From an uncultured Anaerolineales bacterium (GTDB lineage Bacteria > Chloroflexota > Anaerolineae > Anaerolineales > VGOW01), in contig CAYSIV010000011.1 of the NCBI GenBank assembly GCA_964431175.1, forward strand, positions 1 to 38,583: DNA of 38,583 nt, in the 5' to 3' direction. Positions 32,362-38,583 of the stretch are shown here, one piece after another. Positions within the stretch are counted from its first letter, which is position 1, and each line of letters begins with the position of its first letter. The position numbers and the translations under genes are program-made. The notes under the pieces are model-generated. The model saw only the letters and a program-made list of their open reading frames with translations. It did no database searches and was not told the origin of the DNA.

Positions 32362-34575
32362 ATGTCCAAATTCGCCAGGGTAGTTTGTTTCTTGTTACTC
32401 ATCGCCGTCGTGGCCGGGCTGGCCTCGGCAGTCCGGGCGGCGGCTATTGTGGTCAACACGACCGCCGACGAGCTCAACAGTGACGGCGATTGTTCATTGC
32501 GTGAAGCCATCCGAGCCGCCAATCTGGATACAGCGGTGGACGCCTGTACCGCTGGAAGCGGCGCAGACACGATTACCCTCCCGGCTGGAACTTACACCTT
32601 GAGCGTCGCCGGCGCGAACGAGGATGCGGCGGCCACCGGCGATCTCGACCTGGCCAGCAATCTCACTCTCAACGGCGCGGGTTCAGCGACCACCACCATC
32701 AATGCCAACAACATTGATCGCGTCTTTCATATTACAGGCGCATTTGCCATACAAATTTCAGGGGTGACGATCACCGGCGGCAATGTGAGCGGCGCTCTTG
32801 ATTTTGGTGGCGGCATCGCCAACAGCGGCACGTTGACGTTGACAAACAGCGTGGTAACAAACAACACCGCTTTCTTCAGCGGCGGTGGCGTCGGCAACCT
32901 GGGGTTGGCGATGGTGACAAACAGCACCATCAGCAACAACACGGCCACCACAGGCGTTGGCGGCGGTATCTCTAACAACAACATTTTGGATATCAGCAAT
33001 AGCCTCATCAGCGGCAACCAGGCCCTGAGTGGCGTGAGCGACGGCGGCGGCGTTGCCAACAACGGCACGGCGACGATCGTCGACAGCGCCATCACCGGCA
33101 ACGACTCGGGCGACGATGGCGGCGGCTTGCGCAACTTCGCCACGATGACGCTGACGAACAGTACGATGAGCGCCAATACAGCCGCAACTTACGGGGGCGG
33201 CATTGCCAATAAGGGCAGCCTCACCGTGACGGCCAGCACCGTGAGCGGCAACACAGCCCTTCACGACGGCGGCGGCTTTTATCATGAACAAGGCACAATG
33301 ACGTTGACCAATGTGACTGTGAGCGGCAACTTTGCTCACGATAACGGCGGCGGTATCTATGTCAATAGCCTGGTGACATCGGTGGATTTGAATAACATTA
33401 CCATCACCGCCAACACGGCTGACAGCGACAGCAACGGAACCGGAAGCGGCGGCGGACTGGCCGCTGTTTTCAACCCGACGAATTTCAAGAATATAATCCT
33501 GGCCGGGAACACCGACACCAGCGGGCAGGCTCCCGACTGCTCAGGAACGATGAATTCACAGGATCACAATTTGATTCAGAGCACGGCAGGTTGCATCCTC
33601 AACGGCGCCATGGCCAACAACGTCGCCGGACAAGGCGCAAATTTGGGGCCACTGCAAAACAACGGTGGTCTCACCTTCACTCATGCTCTTTTGGCGGGCA
33701 GTCCGGCGATTGACGCGGGTGACAACGCAACTTGCGCCGCGACGGATCAACGTGGCACTAGTCGGCCCCAAAACGTGGCATGCGACATTGGGGCCTATGA
33801 AATGGATACTGCCGCAACCGTGACCCATACTGCTACTTTCACTTCTACATTCACCGCTACCGCGACGAACACGCCAACCCCTACGTCGACGTTCACCTCT
33901 ACCCATACGCCGACTCACACATTCACAGCGACAAACGCACCGACCACAACGGCCACGTTCACCCCCACCTTCACATTTACTCCTACAGCAACTTCAACAG
34001 CGGCGGCTTTGCCGGCGTTGACTCTCCCGGCCGGCGGAAGCATACCGCCGACACTCCGGCCCTTGTTCGACTGGAGCAATGTGGCCGGCGCTTCTTCCTA
34101 TACAATTCAAATTTCGGCTAACCAAAACTTTACAACGCTGGTGTTGAATCAGATCGTGACGCCATCAGCTTACGTGGTGACGGCGGATTTGCCGCGAAAC
34201 ACGTTGTTGTTCTGGCGGGTAAGGGCAAACGGGCCGCCCGGCCCGAGGGCTTGGTCTGGTGCCCGGCACTTTTTCAGCGGCAACCCGCCGGGCATACCAA
34301 CCTTGTTGCTTCCAGCCAATTTGGCGGCAGTGGGCGCAAGGCCAACACTGGATTGGAGCGACTCAACGCCAGCGGCGAATTATTGCGAAGTGCAGATTTC
34401 AGCTGACCCAAACTTTGTCACGGTTCTGGGTCGGGGGCAGGGGGGTAAGACGAATGTTTCGAGCTATGCGCCTGAAACAGTTTTGAGTTCGGGAGTTTAT
34501 TATTGGCGGGTGAGGGCGGTGAGTGGGGAGCAGTTCAGTCAGTGGTCGGCGGCGAGACGTTTTTCCGTACCTTGA
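32362..34575 (+). CDS. secreted right-handed beta-helix protein (choice-of-anchor-Q-like) with PT linker and tandem FN3-like C-terminal module
   Basis: Signal peptide. CSLREAIRAAN start motif. Many GGG(I/V)xN beta-helix repeats. DQRGTSRP...CDIGAYE end motif. T/P-rich linker (33811-34007). Two roughly 90-aa repeats ending YYWRVRA...WS..R.F. Confidence 0.8.
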   Translation: MSKFARVVCFLLLIAVVAGLASAVRAAAIVVNTTADELNSDGDCSLREAIRAANLDTAVDACTAGSGADTITLPAGTYTLSVAGANEDAAATGDLDLASNLTLNGAGSATTTINANNIDRVFHITGAFAIQISGVTITGGNVSGALDFGGGIANSGTLTLTNSVVTNNTAFFSGGGVGNLGLAMVTNSTISNNTATTGVGGGISNNNILDISNSLISGNQALSGVSDGGGVANNGTATIVDSAITGNDSGDDGGGLRNFATMTLTNSTMSANTAATYGGGIANKGSLTVTASTVSGNTALHDGGGFYHEQGTMTLTNVTVSGNFAHDNGGGIYVNSLVTSVDLNNITITANTADSDSNGTGSGGGLAAVFNPTNFKNIILAGNTDTSGQAPDCSGTMNSQDHNLIQSTAGCILNGAMANNVAGQGANLGPLQNNGGLTFTHALLAGSPAIDAGDNATCAATDQRGTSRPQNVACDIGAYEMDTAATVTHTATFTSTFTATATNTPTPTSTFTSTHTPTHTFTATNAPTTTATFTPTFTFTPTATSTAAALPALTLPAGGSIPPTLRPLFDWSNVAGASSYTIQISANQNFTTLVLNQIVTPSAYVVTADLPRNTLLFWRVRANGPPGPRAWSGARHFFSGNPPGIPTLLLPANLAAVGARPTLDWSDSTPAANYCEVQISADPNFVTVLGRGQGGKTNVSSYAPETVLSSGVYYWRVRAVSGEQFSQWSAARRFSVP

Positions 34576-34589
34576 GGGATGACCTGAGG

Positions 34590-34802
34590 TTAACCAGCCT
34601 CCCGAATGGCTTCCAAGGCTTTGTGAGCCGCGTCACGCTGGCCTGCACTGTAAGTCTCGTCCTCAATCATCTTTTTTAGGTGAGCGATCACGGCCTGCGT
34701 TTCATCGTCCGTCAGGTCGCCCCACACCCGGCGGATCAAGCCGGGGTTCTCTGAGAGCATTGCTTCCCACACGCCGGAAAGATTGTCGTCCACAAGTTGC
34801 AT
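34590..34802 (-). CDS. small acidic hypothetical protein
   Basis: 70-aa ORF on the opposite strand between two exoprotein genes. Codon third positions look native. No motif recognised. Confidence 0.4.
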   Translation of the reverse strand: MQLVDDNLSGVWEAMLSENPGLIRRVWGDLTDDETQAVIAHLKKMIEDETYSAGQRDAAHKALEAIREAG

Positions 34803-34832
34803 TTTACACCGAAGTCGAACACGATTTTTTCT

Positions 34833-37034
34833 ATGAATAATCGCAAGCCTTCATCTCAATTATTCAAACCACTTCATTTGATCGTCGTGGCCTTGTTGTT
34901 GGCCGGGTTAGCGCCGGCTTACACAGCGGCGACTTCGGCGGCTATGCAGGCCGCGACCGCTATTCCGACTCAGGACAACCCGGTCAGCGCCGCCGCTTCG
35001 ACGTTTTTTTCGGTCGGCTCCGGTCTGGTGGACGCGATCCCGCACCAACTCATCCGCACGACCGGCGACCGGCTCTATGCCTTTGTGGCTCAGGCGCAGT
35101 ATTCGTCGCAAATCAACGGCTACTACACCCCCTCAGCCGGCCTGCCCGGCGCGAGCGCCAGTTTTTCGGCCATTACTCCCTTCTCCGATTCTTTCAACAT
35201 CGTTACCCTCGAGACAGTCTACGACGGCGGCAACATCATTCACGTCCTGTGGCTCAACCGTAATGGCGATCTAAGAGATCGCCCGTTCGATACTTCTACC
35301 AACACTTATAAATCCATCATCACCCTTGCCGCCGGCCTGCCCACCATCACTGGCGACTACATTGGAACCAGCGGCGTTTCGGCGGTGATGGAGCCAGGCG
35401 GCAAACTTCACCTTGCCCACTGGTCGAAAGACGCGAGCAACAACAATCATATTTCGCACCGGGTCTACACTTACAATTCGACGACGAATGCTTTGACTCT
35501 AGTATCGGGTCCCACGCAAATAGACACCGATGCCACCGACAGCCCCAGCCATCCGGCAATCGCAATTTCACCATTGGACAACTCGGTGACGGTTGCCTGG
35601 GCTTCACGCCCCACTCAGCCGGTGAAAATCCTGGCCCGCACCCGGTCAAGCGCCGGCTCGTGGGGAAGTGTGGAAACAGTGAGCGCCGTTGGAGCGCCGT
35701 GGGGAAGCACCAACGCCGGCATCAACATCGATCAAGGCTCGACCCTCTTGATTGACAGCGCCGGGGTGCGCCACCTGTCTTATATGGGAAACTTTGAAGG
35801 CGCGCAAACCTATGGCCGGATTTATTACTCGACCAACTCCGGCTCTGGCTGGAATGATCAGGCCCTCTCGTATTTCACTCATGCGCCCGTTGTCGCCATT
35901 GACAGTTCGGGCGCCGTGTACCTGCTTGGACACGGTCACCCCCGCAACCCGACGACCTGCCTGGCTATTGACGACATCTGTTACCAACAGAAAAACACGA
36001 ACGGCACCTGGCCTGCGCCACAATTGATTACCAATCTTACGGGTTCCGATACCAGCTTATCGGTCAAATGGTCGCTGGTTGGTTTCAACCGGCCCGAGTC
36101 GATTGAGTTCCTATTCTTCGGCGGGGCCTACACCAGCCCCACGCTTTATTATGGGCGCATTGACACTGGCGGTCCCACGCCCACGCCGACGAACACCCGG
36201 ACTCCGAGCAATACGCCCACCAGAACAAATACGCCGACCAACACCTTTACGCCTAGCAACACGGCCACGGCGACCCATACTTCTACGCCCAGCAATACGC
36301 CCACTAACACGGCGACCAGCACCCGCACCAACACCCCGACGAACACGGCCACCAGCACGCGAACTCCCACGGCGACCGCCACTGCCACCCGAACGCCCAC
36401 TTTCACGCCGACGACGCCCCCGACGCAATTGCCAGCGCCCGCGGTAAACTTCCCGCGGAGCGGCAACATCCCGCCGCTGACCCGGCCCCTGTTCGATTGG
36501 GCCAACGTGCTGAGCGCCACGTCTTATACATTCCAGATTTCCACCAGCCAAACTTTCGCCTCACTTCTGGTGAACGTCAACGTTTCGGTCTCGGCCTACA
36601 GCCCAATCATCGACCTGCCGCGTGACACTCTGCTCTACTGGCGAGTGCGGGCCAACAGCCCAGCCGGGCCGGGCGCCTGGTCGAGGACGCGATACCTCTA
36701 CACCGCCAATCCGCCGGGCGTGCCGACTCTGTTGTCACCGGCATCCGGGGCGACCATCTCCAGCACCACGCCCATCCTGGATTGGAGCGACTCAAGCCCG
36801 CCTGCAACTTACTACGAAGTGCAACTCTCCACCGACCCGGGCTTTGCTACAGTGTTGAGGCGGGGGCGGGGCGGGGCGGCCTACCTCTCACAATACACGG
36901 TTGAAGCGAGCCTATCCCTGCATGACACCTACTATTGGCGAGTGCGGGCGATGGGCGGCGCCAGCGTCTCTGGCGGGGCTGGCACAACGCAATTCAGCCA
37001 ATGGTCGGCGGGGCGCAGTTTCCGCATCCCATAA
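34833..37034 (+). CDS. secreted protein: N-terminal repeat-rich (beta-propeller-like?) region, PT linker, tandem FN3-like C-terminal module
   Basis: ATG at 34833 gives a signal peptide ([18 protein letters not shown]). TPTNT-type linker (about 36170-36426). The C-terminal 200 aa are paralogous to the end of the 32362-34575 product. Confidence 0.75.
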   Translation: MNNRKPSSQLFKPLHLIVVALLLAGLAPAYTAATSAAMQAATAIPTQDNPVSAAASTFFSVGSGLVDAIPHQLIRTTGDRLYAFVAQAQYSSQINGYYTPSAGLPGASASFSAITPFSDSFNIVTLETVYDGGNIIHVLWLNRNGDLRDRPFDTSTNTYKSIITLAAGLPTITGDYIGTSGVSAVMEPGGKLHLAHWSKDASNNNHISHRVYTYNSTTNALTLVSGPTQIDTDATDSPSHPAIAISPLDNSVTVAWASRPTQPVKILARTRSSAGSWGSVETVSAVGAPWGSTNAGINIDQGSTLLIDSAGVRHLSYMGNFEGAQTYGRIYYSTNSGSGWNDQALSYFTHAPVVAIDSSGAVYLLGHGHPRNPTTCLAIDDICYQQKNTNGTWPAPQLITNLTGSDTSLSVKWSLVGFNRPESIEFLFFGGAYTSPTLYYGRIDTGGPTPTPTNTRTPSNTPTRTNTPTNTFTPSNTATATHTSTPSNTPTNTATSTRTNTPTNTATSTRTPTATATATRTPTFTPTTPPTQLPAPAVNFPRSGNIPPLTRPLFDWANVLSATSYTFQISTSQTFASLLVNVNVSVSAYSPIIDLPRDTLLYWRVRANSPAGPGAWSRTRYLYTANPPGVPTLLSPASGATISSTTPILDWSDSSPPATYYEVQLSTDPGFATVLRRGRGGAAYLSQYTVEASLSLHDTYYWRVRAMGGASVSGGAGTTQFSQWSAGRSFRIP

Positions 37035-37059
37035 ACAGAGTTTGTCACCCGACTTAATC

Positions 37060-37100
37060 GCCGCCCGAAGTTAGTTGCACTTCGGGCGGCTTTGTTTGTT
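37060..37100 (+). terminator. Rho-independent terminator
   Basis: 12-bp stem GCCGCCCGAAGT (37060-37071) / ACTTCGGGCGGC (37079-37090), 7-nt loop, then TTTGTTTGTT. Confidence 0.8.
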
Positions 37101-37285
37101 ACCTATTTCCTACCAAATTCCAGCCAACTCAGGCTCAGGCCGAGCTTTTCTTTACTCTTTTTTGACTAATCATTGGCTGAGTTCAGTTAACTTAACTCTA
37201 AGCTTGTAAAGTGGTACGGCTGAAATTTGGCGACCGCATGCCACTAACATTTCCCGGCCAGTCTCTGACCGGGCACAAGAGAGAT

Positions 37286-38583
37286 ATGTACAAAACAACT
37301 AAATCCTCATGGAAAGCCTTTGCACTCGTTAGCGTTCTCGTCCTCATTTCGGGCTTCTGGCAGCCGGTGTTGGCCGCCCTCAGCCACCGCCCGGTGGCCC
37401 GGCCCTTGATGATGTCGCCTGGCGCCGTCACCCACACCACCCGAGCCTACTTTAACAGATCTTTGCCCTCGACCCCAGCCTACGTCACCGACATTGATGC
37501 AAGCGATGGCACGGGCGGCACTGTCACCCTCCCCGCTGATTTTGCCGATGACTTTATCAGTTCGTCACTTGACTCCACCTTTTGGGCCGCTGGGAAGTGG
37601 AGTCCGTTGGGCGATCCGTACTCGCCGACTATCAGCGGTAGTGTACTGACTATCAATGGCGGCGACGGAGCCTACGTCCGTTCAAAACCCCCTTACCTTT
37701 TTAATTACGGGTCAATTGAATTCATTGCCGAATTTGGAAATGGGGCCGCTCAGCATATTGGCTTTGGCAGCACTGATTTTGTCGGTAACCGCCTCTTTCT
37801 TTTCAGCACTTTTAGCGGTGATGGAAATCTATATGCGCGAGTGAACAATAATGTCTCCGAACAATCTAACTCTCTGGGCGCCATACCTACTGGTATGCAT
37901 CGTTATCGGATTGTGTGGGCCAGCTCTGATGTCATAAATGACTTAATAAGCTTTTATATGGATGGCGTTTTTAAGTTCAGTTACACCGTTGTTCATTCGG
38001 GCGCTACAGACTTCCATGCTTATATTTCGAATAATGGAGCCGCCTCTCTCAACGTCGACTATCTTCAAGTAACACCTATCTATAAAAACAGTGGCGAATT
38101 TGTTAGTTGCGTTTTGGACGCCGGGACCAGTGTTTGGGATAGCATCAGTTGGGTTGAAAACAAGCCCGCCAACACTGGCGTCACCGTGCAGGTGAGCACT
38201 TCAGATGACGGCGCTACTTTTAGCGCTTTTACTAACGTGACAAGCGGCTTCTCCTTCGGCGGTCAACTGCACCGCTATATCAAGTACAAGCTGATTCTTT
38301 CAACCACCGATACAACGATTTCGCCCCGCGTTGACTCGGTGACATTGAATGATGTTGCCAACACGGCCACGCCTACAGCCACCGACACGGCCACGCCAAC
38401 TAACACGGCGACGAACACGCCGACCAACACGCCGACCAACACACCGACCAACACGCCCACCAACACCCCGACTAACACGCCGACCAACACGCCGACGGAC
38501 ACCCCAACCAACACGCCGACCAACACGCCGACTAACACGCCGACCAACACGCCGACCAACACGCCGACCAACACCCCAACCAA
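37286..38583 (+). CDS. secreted ConA-like/LamG-domain protein with (TPTN)n linker, 3'-partial (runs off the window)
   Basis: I translated this frame by hand from the ATG at 37286 and found no stop through 38583 (432 codons). Signal peptide MYKTTKSSWKAFALVSVLVLISGFWQPVLAA. It is absent from the supplied ORF track, presumably because it has no stop. Alternative starts at 37238 and 37211. Confidence 0.75.
   Translation, partial: MYKTTKSSWKAFALVSVLVLISGFWQPVLAALSHRPVARPLMMSPGAVTHTTRAYFNRSLPSTPAYVTDIDASDGTGGTVTLPADFADDFISSSLDSTFWAAGKWSPLGDPYSPTISGSVLTINGGDGAYVRSKPPYLFNYGSIEFIAEFGNGAAQHIGFGSTDFVGNRLFLFSTFSGDGNLYARVNNNVSEQSNSLGAIPTGMHRYRIVWASSDVINDLISFYMDGVFKFSYTVVHSGATDFHAYISNNGAASLNVDYLQVTPIYKNSGEFVSCVLDAGTSVWDSISWVENKPANTGVTVQVSTSDDGATFSAFTNVTSGFSFGGQLHRYIKYKLILSTTDTTISPRVDSVTLNDVANTATPTATDTATPTNTATNTPTNTPTNTPTNTPTNTPTNTPTNTPTDTPTNTPTNTPTNTPTNTPTNTPTNTPT
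38393..38583 (+). repeat. 12-bp tandem repeat (ACGCCGACCAAC)n encoding (TPTN)n
   Basis: At least 16 consecutive 12-nt units with few substitutions, continuing past the window end. It produces the spurious antisense VGVLVGVL ORF at 38275-38583. Confidence 0.9.

Noticed and set aside
32331-32364. Possible leaderless mRNA for the beta-helix exoprotein: TTGACT at 32331, TATGAG at 32351, and ATG at 32362 with no SD.
   Set aside because: The spacer between the hexamers is only 14 nt and the -10 is poor. I cannot support a promoter call from sequence alone.
38393-38583. Regular short repeats that might be mistaken for a CRISPR array.
   Set aside because: The units are 12 bp and contiguous, without spacers. 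They are in frame inside a coding sequence, and no cas genes are present.

Overview
High-GC bacterial chromosomal segment (hand counts of a few 60-nt lines give about 60-70% GC). Pro/Thr-rich linkers, a choice-of-anchor-Q-like beta-helix exoprotein and several intergenic hairpin families suggest a Chloroflexota-like genome; this is inference only. All calls come from reading the sequence and recognising motifs; no searches were run.

Content from left to right:
- tig and clpP, a PT-linker lipoprotein, then HAD-TPR-rlmN.
- A MITE-like element just upstream of a Fur-family regulator and an ECF-type Ni/Co importer: cbiM::PDGLE fusion, cbiQ, and cbiO with a His-rich tail.
- A LolD/MacB-like ATPase, a double-FtsX permease and a HlyD adaptor.
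- An orphan REC-HD-GYP regulator and a ribokinase.
- A minus-strand operon of ECF sigma, anti-sigma, ABC ATPase and ABC-2 permease.
- A roughly 1-kb AT-rich islet whose single gene is split by a frameshift at a T7 run.
- A long minus-strand array: hit, yqeY, pgpH, ybeY, dgkA, a small AT-rich ORF, and an alpha/beta-hydrolase::acyl-CoA-synthetase fusion.
- A ConA-like lipoprotein and etfBA.
- Three large secreted proteins with PT-rich linkers. Two share a tandem C-terminal module. The third runs off the window and is missing from the supplied ORF track.

No rRNA, tRNA, CRISPR array, transposase or integrase was recognised.

Best candidates for something new:
1. The self-contained Fur/Nur-like nickel/cobalt uptake module, with a perfect TTGCAA-type operator and a His-rich ATPase tail.
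2. The AT-rich islet with a frameshifted 2TM gene, and the second AT-rich ORF on the other side of the hydrolase::FadD fusion.
3. The exoprotein cluster with a shared C-terminal module.
4. At least four families of hairpin/MITE-like elements inserted at gene junctions.
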